This document shows, piece by piece, positions 1 to 10,903 of a stretch of 64,000 nt of DNA. A program made the position numbers and the translations under genes. The notes beneath the pieces are model-generated. The model was not told where the DNA came from, ran no database searches, and saw only the letters and a program-made list of their open reading frames with translations. How positions within the stretch are numbered: the first letter of the stretch is position 1; each line of letters begins with the position of its first letter. Origin of the DNA: an uncultured delta proteobacterium (GTDB lineage Bacteria > Myxococcota > Myxococcia > Myxococcales > Myxococcaceae); assembly GCA_963771175.1 (NCBI GenBank), contig CAVYSY010000052.1, positions 225,834 through 289,833 of the forward strand, given 5' to 3'.

Positions 1-99
1 ACCTCGGGAGCGGGTGCCGCGAAGGCCGCATCCTGGGGCGGCAAGCTGGGGAGCCTTTCCGTTCCCCTCCTGTCACTCACAGGCGACGGCCTCCTGGCG

Positions 100-633
100 G
101 TGCGCCTGGTGGCCGTGCCCGTCGGAGGGGCCGTTGCCGTCGCGGGCAACGCGCTTGGCGCCACCTACGTGCTGCACATGGCCAACACCGGCGCCCAGGG
201 CGCGGGGGGCGGGAGTGGGTGGCCTCCGGTAGGCGGGCCCGGTCACTGGGTGGAGGACACCTCCAGCATGTCCGAGCAGGCCCGTGACTACCAGGCCCAG
301 GTGACGGGCGCACCCAGGCGGTGGGCCTACAAGGTTTGCCGAGGTGCCGACTGCGTGGATTACGACGGATTCGACCCAAAGACGGGCACCCTGCTCGAAG
401 CAAAGGCTCTGGAATACGAGAAGTGGTGGGACGACGCTCTCAAGGTGAAATGGAAGTACAAGGGTGCACAGCGCCTCATCGATCAAGCGAAGCGGCAGAG
501 TCGGCTTGCGGGAGGGCTCAGGGTGCGCTGGCATGTGGCGGAGCCCCGGATGGTTCCCATCCTCAAGAAGATGTTCCTAGAGAACAACATCGAGGGGATC
601 GAGGTCGTGCATACACCGCCGCCACTGCCATGA
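100..633 (+). CDS. C-terminal part of a polymorphic toxin with Tox-REase-5 (PD-(D/E)xK) nuclease domain; true start probably upstream of the window
   Basis: Motifs ARDYQAQVTG, DYDGFD..LLEAK, QAKRQ and VRWHVAEP; Ala/Val/Gly-rich linker before the domain; followed by an Imm52-like gene. Confidence 0.8.
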   Translation: MRLVAVPVGGAVAVAGNALGATYVLHMANTGAQGAGGGSGWPPVGGPGHWVEDTSSMSEQARDYQAQVTGAPRRWAYKVCRGADCVDYDGFDPKTGTLLEAKALEYEKWWDDALKVKWKYKGAQRLIDQAKRQSRLAGGLRVRWHVAEPRMVPILKKMFLENNIEGIEVVHTPPPLP

Positions 634-645
634 GGCGTACGAGAG

Positions 646-1380
646 ATGACGGAGAGCTACTACGCAGGCGTCTATTGGGGCCGCAGGCAGGAGTCCGCCG
701 AGGAGTGCGCTCGTCGCGCGGAATTGTTCTTCCGCCTCCTGGAGCAGTGTCACCCGAGCTATGCGCGCTGGTACGAGCAGCAGGACTCGGAGGAGACGGA
801 GGCCCAGTTCCAGTTCGAGCCCACGCGCGAGACCTTCGTGCGTTTCTTTGGAAAGGAGGAGTACCGCGGCGACGGGGGCGGCTTCCGTTTCGGCGCCTGG
901 ACGGGTCACGCGGAGCAGGACCAGGGGGGCATGGTCCTACTCTTCTGTGGGGCGCACGCTGAAGGCTCCTCGAATCACCTGGTTCTCTACTTCCCCGAGG
1001 AGGAGCCTGGCGGAGAGCGAATGCTCACACCCTCAGTGCTCTCCGGAGTGATGCGGGCCATGGCGCTAGCGTGGGAGCCGGACTGGGGTGTCATCGTCTC
1101 GGGGGACTTCCGGGACAGTATTTCGGAACGAGGATCCGCCGGCACCTTCGTGGGCTGGGTGACGTACTTCTCGCATCAGCGTGGCGAGCTGCCAGGTCTG
1201 CCGGAGCCAGTGCGAGTGGAGCCGGTGGACGACAAGGGCAGCCTCCTCATTCTGACTCCCGACCGTCTGACCTCGAGCAATCCCGAGCACCTCGCCCTCG
1301 GCCGCCGCGTTCAGGGGTTGCTCGAGGAGCGGGGTCTGCTCAGGAGAGTCGTCGAGCCGCGGCCCATGCACCACGAATGA
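646..1380 (+). CDS. Imm52-family immunity protein
   Basis: YYAGVYWGRRQESAEECARR, AWEPDWG, FVGWVTY, LPEPVRVEPV..G.L..LTP; starts 13 nt after the toxin stop. Confidence 0.8.
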   Translation: MTESYYAGVYWGRRQESAEECARRAELFFRLLEQCHPSYARWYEQQDSEETEAQFQFEPTRETFVRFFGKEEYRGDGGGFRFGAWTGHAEQDQGGMVLLFCGAHAEGSSNHLVLYFPEEEPGGERMLTPSVLSGVMRAMALAWEPDWGVIVSGDFRDSISERGSAGTFVGWVTYFSHQRGELPGLPEPVRVEPVDDKGSLLILTPDRLTSSNPEHLALGRRVQGLLEERGLLRRVVEPRPMHHE

Positions 1381-1440
1381 GAAGGGCGCGGCCCCGTTGC
1401 GCCCGTCAACGTCCCATCCACGCACTCCACGAGGAGTGAC

Positions 1441-1595
1441 TCACGGCTGGAGCGACTGGGGCTCGCGCTTCTTGTCTCGGGAGCGGGCCGAGACCGGCAG
1501 GTAGCACTTGCCCCCGTACTCCGCCTGGTTCTCGTAGCAGGGCGGGCGCTTGGCCAATTCCACCCAGCAGCCGCCATGGATTTCCACCTCGTAGT
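1441..1595 (-). pseudogene. Remnant of the Cys-containing C-terminal tail of a myxobacterial Ser/Thr kinase
   Basis: EVEIHGGCWVELAKRPPC..EYGGKCYLPV..REPQSLQP* with no kinase domain upstream. Confidence 0.55.
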
Positions 1596-1934
1596 TGGCC
1601 AGCCGCTCGATGGCGATGCTGAGCACCTCGAACATCGCGCACAGTTGGGACAGCCGGCCGGAACCCGGGGCCTTCTCCACCTCCACCACCACATAGGGAG
1701 GCACCGCCTGGGAGCGCAACCTCACCTGCCATTTCTCCTTGGGCTCCAGGAGCTCGTGCTCGCCCGGTATCACCACCAGCGCCGGGTTGCCCGGCCCTGA
1801 CAGCGCCCCGTGGGTTTTGTCTGCTTCTGGCGCATGAGGAGCGACCCGGGAACGGGATGCTGGCCGCGGGACTCCTCCGTAGGTTCGCGGCCGCTCACCC
1901 TGCAAGTGTGGGCGGACATCCACGGAAGGTGGCC

Positions 1935-4900
1935 ATGCGAGCGAGGCGCGCAGCTTCAGCTGTCATCATCGCAGTGATACTGCTCGCCACCGGGCTCGGA
2001 GGCAGCGAAGCCCAGGCCCTCTCGCTGACGGTGGTGGACTCCAGCGGCCGGCCGGTGGAGGGGTTCCGCTGGCAGCTCGAGGAGGACACGACGCTGCCCG
2101 TGGTGCCTGGGGTCCGAAGCAACGACATCCCCTCCCTCACCATCCACGGCAGCTACTCCCCGGTGGTGGCCAAGGGAAGCTCCACCACGTCCGTTGCCAC
2201 CATCGATGTGCCGGCGAACAAGCGCTACCTGGTGTCCGTCCTCCCGTTGAAGGGACACACCCTGAGCGGCACCCAGGTGGCGGTGGGACAGGCGCTGGTG
2301 ACGGTGGTGGTGAACACCGAGCCCATCCCCACCGCTCAAATCTCCGTCCTCGTCTTCCATGACCGCCAGCCCATCAACAACGCCCCGGACATCCCCGCCG
2401 AACCGGGCCTCGCTGGCTTCTCCGTCGTGCTCTCCGACGCGCTGGGGCAGGTGTCGCAGGACGCCTTCGGCAACCCGCTGGGCACCACCTATCAACAGAA
2501 CGCGGATGGCTCCTTCGTGTTGGATTCGGAGGGACTGCCGGTGGTCGCACAGCCCGGCTCCGGCGTCATCCTCACCGATGCCGCGGGTGAGGCGCTCATC
2601 CGCTTCCTGCCTCCCGGAAAGTACGGGGTCCGCGCCGTCCCGCCCATTGGCACCGACTGGGTGCAGACCGCGACCATCGAGGGCACTCCGACCGTCGATG
2701 CCTGGGTCAAGGCGGGCGAGCCGCCCTACTTCTCCGAGTGGGGCACCCTCGACCACCACGCCTTCATCGGCTTTGTCCGGCCGATGCGCTTCCCCGCGCC
2801 ACCCACCGGCCCGGTGGGGACCCTCACCGGGCGCGTCGTCTACGTCCACGAGAACCGCCCGCCGCTGCAGCCGGGCCTGAATCCAGGGGTTCCGGTGGAG
2901 GAGTGCTGGGTCGGGCTGAACGCACTGGGGGGCGCCGACGAGCAGGTCTACTCGCAGCCCTGCGGCCCTGGCGGCGGCTTCACCATCGAGAACGTCCCTC
3001 CGGGCGTCTACCAGCTCGTGATGTGGGACTTGCCCCTCGACGCCATCATCGACTTCCGCACCCTCACGGTGCCTCCGGGAGGCGGAGTGCTGGCGCTCGG
3101 GGATGTGTCCGTCTATGCGTGGTTCGGCTTCCTCGAGGGCAGCGTCTTCTACGATGCCAACGCCAATGGCTATCGGGAGCTCGGCGAGGCAGGCATCCCC
3201 AACCAGGCGCTCAACCTGCGCTTCCCGGACGGCTCGCTCTACAAGGCGACCATCACCGATCCGACCGGACGCTACCGCTTCAAGGAGGTCTTCCCCTTCT
3301 TCCACTGGCTGGTGGCCGAGGTGGACTACACCCGCTACAAGCCCACGGGGATGACCGCCGTCATCGATGAGGGCGGCCCACTGCCGCCGGGCGCGAGGAG
3401 CACTCCGCAGCCCCAGCCCGTCATCAACCCCAACACCGGCGACAACCTCTCGCGCACCGAGAGCGGCGAGGTGCTCACCCAGGCGATGCTGCTCTACGCC
3501 GGGCAGACCCACCGGATGGACTGGGGCAAGGTGGCCTACGGCCGGACGGAGAATGGTGGCATCTCCGGAATCGTGCACTACGCCACCACCCGCGCGGAGA
3601 ATGATCCGCGCTACGCCGTGGGGGATGACTGGGAGCCCAAGGTGCCCCGCGTCCAGGTGAACCTCTACTCGGACACCAATGGCGACACCGTCATCGACGA
3701 TCTCAATGGCGACGGCCGGGTGACGCCGGCGGACGTGGACAACGCGCCCTTCGACGACTTCCCCGGCCCGGGGGACGTGGATCGCAACGGCGACGGCACC
3801 TTCACCCCGGGCGACGCCCTCAACGTCATCCACACCGACAGTTGGGACGACAGCCGCCCCACCGGCTGCGTGGGCCCGCCGCAGCTCGTCCACGGGCAGC
3901 CGGTGCGGGACTGCGCGGAGACGCTGCGGACGTGGAGCCAGCTACGCCCCGGCGTGTTCGACGGAGGCTACCTCTTCTCCTCGTACTTCCCGGGGGGCAT
4001 GGGCTCGGGCAGCTCGGAGGTCCAGGGGCTCCCGCCTGGCCTCTACGTGGTGGAGGCCAATCGCTCCGCCCGGGTACGAGACCGTGAAGGAGGAGGACAA
4101 GAACGTCGACTTCGGTGAGCAGACCACCCCGAACGAGCTCGTGCCTCCCGTCTGCGTGGGCGAGCCGCACCGGGTCCCCGCCGAGCTCTCGCTCTTTCCG
4201 GGCGTGCCCGCGCCCTTCGCCGGCACCACGCGCCCGCTGTGCGACCGCAAGCAGGTCCGCATGGGGCGCGGGCAGAACAGCGCGGCCGATTTCTTCGTCT
4301 TCACCGAGGTGCCCAAGGCGGGCCGCATCTGGGGAATGGTCCTCAACGACGTGCTGCTCGAGTTCAACCCCGACAGCCCCAAGAAGGGCACCAACTTCGG
4401 GGTGCCGTGGCTGCCCATCTCCATCAAGGACTTCCGGGGCAACGAGCTCGTCCGCACCTACAGCGACGAGTGGGGCAAGTACAACGCGCTGGTGCCCTCC
4501 ACCTACACTGTGAACCGGCCCACGCCGACCGGCGTGTCCCCCGGAATGCTCACCGTCTGCCTCAACGATCCGGGCCCCATCCCGGATCCGAGCACCCCCG
4601 GCCGGCTCATCACGGACCCCTGGTACAACCCGGCCTACGGGCACGTCTGCACGAACTGGGAGTTCTACCCGGGAAAGACGACCCCGCTGGACACGCCCAT
4701 CCTGCCCATCGCCGCCTTCACGGCGAACCGGCGTCCGCTGGACTGCGAGTTCCCGGAGGGCACGCCGCTCATCGAGTCGGTGAGCGGGCCCGCGGGAGGG
4801 CCGCACGTCCCCGCGCCCGGCGGGCTCATCACCCTCACCTCGGTGGGAGCGATGACCGTGCCCAACCCGGCGTATGACCCGGACACGCCCGGCAGCCCGC

Positions 4901-6846
4901 CCACCGTCGTCCGAGACTACGGCTTCGGCGGCACCCCCGGGACGGTGACGGTGGATGGCACCCCCTGCCCATCGTGAGCTGGGCGGCCGACGGCTCGCGC
5001 ATCGTGGCGCGGGTGCCCGCGAGCGTCCGCACCGGACAGCTCCTGGTGCGGCGTGGCAACGGGAGGACCTCCGAGATGGGCCTCACGCTGCACGTGGGCC
5101 CGCGCGCCATCCGCCGCGTCTCACCGGGCGGCTCCATCCAGCAGGCCATCGACGCCGCCCCGCTGGGGGCCCTCATCCTGGTGGCGCCCGGGACGTACAA
5201 GGAGAACCCCATCCTGTGGAAGCCCGTCCAGCTCCAGGGCTGGGGCGCCTTCTCCACCGTCATCGAGGCCGGTCCCCTCTCGCCCGCGGAGCAGGCCGCC
5301 TGGGATGCGAAGCTGGCCGCCCTCATCGACTCCGGGGATATCCAGCTCCTCCCCGGGGAGCGGCCCGACTTCTTCCTCGAGCAAGGGGCTGGCATCACCG
5401 TGGGGTCCCGGCCAGGCCGCTTCACCGCCGGGGCGCAGGGGCGGCATCGATGGCTTCACCATCACCGGAGCCCTCAAGGGCGGCGGCATCTTCGTCAACG
5501 CCTACGCGCCGTTCCTCACGCTCAGCAACAACCGGCTCATCAGCAACCAGGGCAGCTTCGGGGGCGGCATCCGCGTGGGCACCCCCTCGCTGGTGAATAC
5601 CGCGGGCAACGGCTACCTGAGCTCGAGCAACGAGAACCTCCGCATCCACCACAACCACATCACCCAGAACGGCGCCATCGACGGCGGGGGCGGCGTGGCC
5701 CTGTTCAACGGCGCGGACGGCTACCAGGTCACGGACAACTTCGTCTGCGGCAACTTCACGCTGCTGTACGGCGGCGGCATCGCCCACTTCGGCCTGAGCG
5801 ACGAGGGGCTGATCTCCCGAAACCGCATCGTCTCCAACCAGTCCTTCGACGAAGGCGGGGGGCTCATCATCGCCGGGGAGCTCGTCCCGGCCGGGGCGCC
5901 ACCCGGAACGCTGACACCTGGCGCCGGCAGCGTGCGGGTGGTCTCCAACCTCATCCAGGGCAACCAGGCCGGGGACGACGGTGGCGGCGTGCGCACGCTG
6001 ATGGTCAACGGCCAGGACGTCCAGCGCCGGCCCACCTCGCCCTCGCGCTGGTACCAGGTGGCCCTCCTCAACAACCTCATCGTCAACAACTCGAGCGCCG
6101 ACGTGGGCGGCGGCATTTCCCTGGATGACACCGCCCGGGCCATCGATCCTCAGCAACACCATCGCCCACAACGACAGCACCGCCACCGGGGTGGACGCCT
6201 TCGGCGGCCCGTGCATCCCCGATGCGCCGTCGGGCCAGTTCTGTCCCGAGGAGGGAGGCACCATGGGCGGCATCACCACCTCGGTGCCGCAGGTAGCGGG
6301 CCTCGCCGCCAGGGCCCACAGCACGGGCCTCCAGGCCGCGTTCGGCCCGGGCTTCGGGCAGGAGTTACTCCGACCCCGCTCCTCCACGACAACATCCTCT
6401 GGCACAACCGGGCCTTCTACTGGGATGCGGCGTACCGCGACGGCCTGGGCGGCCTGCGCCCGGATCTCACCGCCGGCGAGGCCCCCCACTACTGGGACCT
6501 CGCCGTGTACGGCACGCTCACGGCGCAGTTCCTCGAGCCGCACTTCTCCATCCTCTCCGAGCCCACGCCGGGAGATCCCACCAACGTGGCGGTCGATCCG
6601 CGGTTCGTCGCGGGCTACTTCAACCAGTACCAGGCGACGTCCAAGGGCTCGGCCTTCGGCAACTTCGTGACCACCACCTTCCTGCCCACCGGGCGCGTCG
6701 GTGACTACCACCTGGGCCCCGGCTCGCCCGCGAATGGCGTGGGCGCCGGCCTCTTCCGGCTCCTCTTCCCCGAGCTCCTCTTCGACATCGATGGCGAGCC
6801 GCGGCTCGGCTTCACCGTGGACGTCGGTGCGGACGAGTCACGCTGA
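1935..6846 (+). CDS. Giant secreted protein (about 1630 aa when joined): SdrD-B/prealbumin-like Ig repeats, Ca-binding Dx[DN]xDG loops, IPT/TIG-like domain, right-handed beta-helix; about 5 frameshifts
   Basis: Signal peptide MRARRAASAVIIAVILLA..; GSVFYDANANG..GEAGI; DLNGDG, DRNGDG; SIQQAIDAA..ILVAPGTYKEN; repeated GGGI/N..GN motifs; continuous sense across ORFs 1857-4118, 4084-4977, 4974-, 5053-6846 and 6125-. Confidence 0.75.
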
Positions 6847-6870
6847 GCACCCCCCGCGAGGAGTCACACC

Positions 6871-8075
6871 ATGAAGGCGCTCCAGAGACTTCCCCTCCTG
6901 CTCGTGCCGCTGTGGCTGGCATTGGCCTCCGGGCCGGCCCACGCGGCCGTCTCCACCCAGTGTCCGCCGGATACCGATGGCGTGGACACCGACGGGGATG
7001 GCAACCCCGCCAACGACATCGTCTGCATCCACCTGGCCGCCGGCGACGGCTTCGTCAACATGGCCGACGGCCGCCTCCATGTACATCTTCGGCTTCTCCA
7101 ACGTCACCGGCGTCCCCGACGAGCAGGTGATGCAGGAGGCGATGCTGGGCGCCCAGCTCCCCGGCCCCCACGCTCGAGGTGAAGGGAGGGCCAGCAGCTC
7201 TACCTGACGCTCACCAACGTCGGCATGATGATGCGGCCGGACCTGTTCGACCCCCACTCGCGTCCACTGCCACGGCTTCCCCAACGCCGCGCCGATCTTC
7301 GACGGCGTGCCCGAGGCCGCCGTCGCCATCAACATGGGCGCCAGCCTCACCTACTTCTACGACGTGCGAGCGACCCGGGCACGTACATGTACCACTGCCA
7401 CGTCGAGGCGACCGAGCACATGCAGATGGGGATGCTCGGCAACCTCTACGTGCTGCCCGCGCCAGGACGGGACGCGAGCGCGAGCACCCGCCGGGCTCGG
7501 GCCGCCCCTACCGGCAAGTTCGCCTACAACGACGGCGACGGCTCCACGGGGTACGACGTGGCCGATTCCCGCTCCAGATCGCGTCCTTCGACCCGAAGTT
7601 CCACGACGCGAGCCTCGCCATCCAGCCGCTGCCGTTCGCCGCCATGAAGGACACCTACCCGCTGCTCAACGGCCGCGGCTACCCGGAGACCATCGACCCT
7701 CTCCCGCGGAGCAACAGCTTCAACGGGCGCGCGTCCCAGCCGCTCGGCTCGCTGATCCGCGCCACGAGGGGGCAGCGGATCCTCCTGCGCCTCTCCAACC
7801 TCTCCACCACCGAGTACTTCACGCTCACCCTGCCGGGCCTCCCCATGCAGGTGGTGGGGCGGGACGCCAGGCTGCTGCGCAGCGCCTCGGGGGAGAACCT
7901 GTACCAGACCACCACCACCGTCACCCTGGGAGGCGGCGAGTCCGCGGACGTCATCCTCGACACGGCCGCCGTCCCGCCGGGGACGTACTTCCTCCACACC
8001 ACCAATCTGCACCAACTGAGCAACGACACCGAGGATCTCGGCGGGATGATGACGGAGATCGTCATCACCCCCTGA
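6871..8075 (+). CDS. Two-domain cupredoxin/multicopper oxidase protein A (T1 site plus HxH/HCH in domain 1); several frameshifts
   Basis: Signal peptide; reconstructed PHSVHCHGFPN at about 7252-7285; GTYMYHCHVEATEHMQMGM at 7378-7434; LLNGR and RILLRLSN in domain 2. Confidence 0.8.
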
Positions 8076-8099
8076 GCAGGCCCCGGCAGGAGACGGACC

Positions 8100-9347
8100 A
8101 TGAGGCACGCATCACACGAAGGAAGGGCGCTGGCGCTGCTGCTGCTGCTGCTGCTGCCGGTGCGGCCCACGCGACCATCGACGGGGTCACCGGGCCCCAA
8201 TTCGAGCTCATCGCGCGGGAGGGCTTCATCCTGACTCCGGATGGCAACAGCATCTACACCTGGGGCTACGGCGTGGCGGGAGGAGACATGCAGTACCCCG
8301 GCCCCACCCTCATCGTGAACCAGGGGGAGCTCGTCACCCTTCAGCTGACCAACGAGCTGCCCGTCCCGGTGTCGATTGTCTTTCCCGGCCAGGAAGGCGT
8401 GGCGGCCACGGGCGGTGTGCCGGGGCTGCTGACCCGCGAGGCCGGGCCGGGCGAGTCCGTGAGCTATACGTTCCGGGCGAGCGAGCCGGGCACGTACCTC
8501 TACCACAGCGGCACCCGGCCCGAGCTCCAGGTGGAGATGGGGCTGGTGGGCGCGCTCATCGTCCGTCCGGCCACCCCCGGGCAGGCCTACTCGCACCCCG
8601 CCACGGCCTTCGATCATGAGTACCTCTTCCTGCTCACGGAGATGGATCCGCGCATCCACGAGCAGGTGGAGCAGGGGAGGATGGAGCAGGTGGACACGAC
8701 CGACTACCGCCCGGTCTACTGGTTCATCAACGGGCGTGCCTCGCCGGACACCATGGCCCCGGCCGGCGCGCCCTGGCTGCCGAACCAGCCCTACGACTGC
8801 ATGCCGATGATGCACCCGGGGGAGACGATCCTGCTGCGGATGATCGGCGCCGGGAGGGATCCGCATCCGTTCCACACGCACGGCAACCACGCGACCGTCA
8901 TCGCCCGGGACGGCACGGCTGCTGGAGAGCGCTCCCGGCTTGGGACCGGACCTGGCGCGTGAGCACTTCACCGTGACGGTGGCGCCCGGGCAGACGACGG
9001 ACGCGCTGTTCCGGTGGACCGGTGAGAAGCTCGGCTGGGACATCTACGGCCACGCCGCGGGCGACGCGCCGCAGCCGGGCGAGTACGCGCCGGACCATGG
9101 CAAGCCCTTCCCCGTGGCGCTGCCCCACAGCAACGAGCTCACCTTCGGCGACTTCTACAGCGGCACGCCCTTCCTCGGGGTGCTCGGGCCGCTCCCTCCC
9201 GGACAGGGGACGCTCAACCTGGAGGGCAGGGCTACTTCTTCATGTGGCACTCCCATGCCGAGCGGGAGATGGTGAACAACGACGTCTTCCCCGGGGGGAT
9301 GATGACCATGCTCATGATCGTCCCCCCGGGCGTCGACGATTCCGTGA
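8100..9347 (+). CDS. Two-domain cupredoxin/multicopper oxidase protein B (His motifs only in domain 2); frameshifted
   Basis: Leu-rich signal peptide; YPGPTLIVNQG; GTYLYHSG; WFINGR; HPFHTHG at 8864-8884; WHSH at 9245-9256; stop inferred at TGA 9345-9347. Confidence 0.75.
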
Positions 9348-9364
9348 AGGAAGAGGGTGGAGAC

Positions 9365-10378
9365 ATGAGGACGTGTCACGGTCGATCGCTGCTCTTCCTC
9401 GGCCTGGTGGTGGCCTCCCTCGAGGCCTCCGCCGCCGAGTACTTCCTCCAGGTCCAGCCCCTGTCCCGCACCATGCCCGATGGGCAGGTCGTCACGATGT
9501 GGGGGTACGCACTGGACGAGGATCACGACTTCACGACCCTGGACTCGCCAGTCACCGTGCCAGGGCCGCGGCTCGAGGTGCCCGCTGGGGACACGACGCT
9601 GACCGTCCACCTCTACAACGGGCTGACGGTCCCCACCTCGCTGCTCCTCCCGGGCCAGGTGACGGCCCTGTCACCGACCTGGGTGGATGGCGGCGCCGTC
9701 TACGTGGGCCAGCGGCCCGCGGGCAACGTCACCGCCCGGGTCCGCTCCCTCACGCAGGAGACGGCTCCCGGGACGGCCGGGGTGTACTCGTGGACGGGCT
9801 TGAAGCCAGGGACGTGGCTGTACCAGAGCGGCACCCACTCGGCGGTCCAGGTCCAGATGGGGCTGTATGGCGCGATGGTGAAGGCGGCTGGCGCCGGCGA
9901 GGCCTACCCTGGCATTGCGTACGAGCGGGAGGTCACCCTCCTCTTCAGCGAGGTAGACCCGGTCCTCCACGAGGCGGTGGCCAGTGGCACCTATGGGCCG
10001 GGCGGCACCGTCACCAGCACCATCGGCTACCAGCCGCGGTACTTCCTCATCAATGGTGAGCCGTACTCGGCCGCGGTGAGCCCGTTGCCCGCGGGGCGCG
10101 TGGGGGAGCGGATCCTCCTGCGCTTCCTCAGCGCCGGACAGCAGACGCGAGTCCCGGTGCTGCAGGGCGCATACCTGTCGCTGGTGGCGGAGGGAGGGAG
10201 CCCACTGCGCTACCCCCAGCGCCAGTACTCGGTGCTGCTGCCAGCGGGCGGCACGGTGGATGCGTTGCTGACCCCGGGGGCCCCGGGAGTCCTGCCGCTG
10301 TACGACCGGCGGCTGGGGCTCTCCAACGGCACGGCCACCGGTGGAGGAATGCTGCGCCTGCTCCAGGTCTCCCCTTGA
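9365..10378 (+). CDS. Two-domain cupredoxin-fold protein C lacking copper-ligand motifs
   Basis: RBS-like GGAGA and signal peptide MRTCHGRSLLFLGLVVASLEASA; VPGPRLEV; GTWLYQSG..QMGLYG; YFLINGEP; ERILLRFL. Confidence 0.75.
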   Translation: MRTCHGRSLLFLGLVVASLEASAAEYFLQVQPLSRTMPDGQVVTMWGYALDEDHDFTTLDSPVTVPGPRLEVPAGDTTLTVHLYNGLTVPTSLLLPGQVTALSPTWVDGGAVYVGQRPAGNVTARVRSLTQETAPGTAGVYSWTGLKPGTWLYQSGTHSAVQVQMGLYGAMVKAAGAGEAYPGIAYEREVTLLFSEVDPVLHEAVASGTYGPGGTVTSTIGYQPRYFLINGEPYSAAVSPLPAGRVGERILLRFLSAGQQTRVPVLQGAYLSLVAEGGSPLRYPQRQYSVLLPAGGTVDALLTPGAPGVLPLYDRRLGLSNGTATGGGMLRLLQVSP

Positions 10379-10410
10379 GGGCCCGGCGGCCCGCGAGGCA
10401 GGGAGGAAAC

Positions 10411-10872
10411 ATGCACGGAAGAACCGCGAGCTGCTCGGTACTGGGCGTGACGGCCCTGGCGATGCACCTCCTGCTGGGGGCGGCGGGCTGCGCCTCCAGC
10501 CGCTCCGTGAGGGCTCCAGCGGCGACACCGCGGGAGGAGCTCGCGGAGCGATGGGGGGTGGAGGTGCAAGGGATTCGGCGGGTGGCCGCTGGCTACGTCC
10601 TGGACTTCCGCTACCGGGTGGTGGATCCGGAGAAGGCGGCGCCACTGTTCGAGCGGCGCGTGAAACCCTACCTCGAGGACCCCTCGACGGGCGCGAGGTT
10701 CCAGGTCCCCAGGCCACCCAAGGTCGGCTCGCTCCGTCAGACCCCAGCCGCGCCCGTGGACAACCGGACCTACTTCATCCTGTTCGCCAACCCGGGCCGT
10801 GCCCTCGAGCCGGGAAGCCGGGTGACGGTAGTGATTGGAGACTTCCAGGCGACAGACGTGACGGTGGAGTAG
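10411..10872 (+). CDS. Hypothetical lipoprotein, last gene of the cupredoxin operon
   Basis: RBS GGAGG; lipobox AAGC; beta-rich AAGYVLDFRYRVVDPEKA..YFILFANPG. Confidence 0.7.
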   Translation: MHGRTASCSVLGVTALAMHLLLGAAGCASSRSVRAPAATPREELAERWGVEVQGIRRVAAGYVLDFRYRVVDPEKAAPLFERRVKPYLEDPSTGARFQVPRPPKVGSLRQTPAAPVDNRTYFILFANPGRALEPGSRVTVVIGDFQATDVTVE

Positions 10873-10903
10873 GCCCCCATGGACACGAGCGCGTCGAGCC
10901 GGT

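Noticed and set aside
8130..8160. GCT trinucleotide runs (also near 12008) as phase-variation tracts
   Set aside because: They encode poly-Leu signal peptides and unit changes would keep frame
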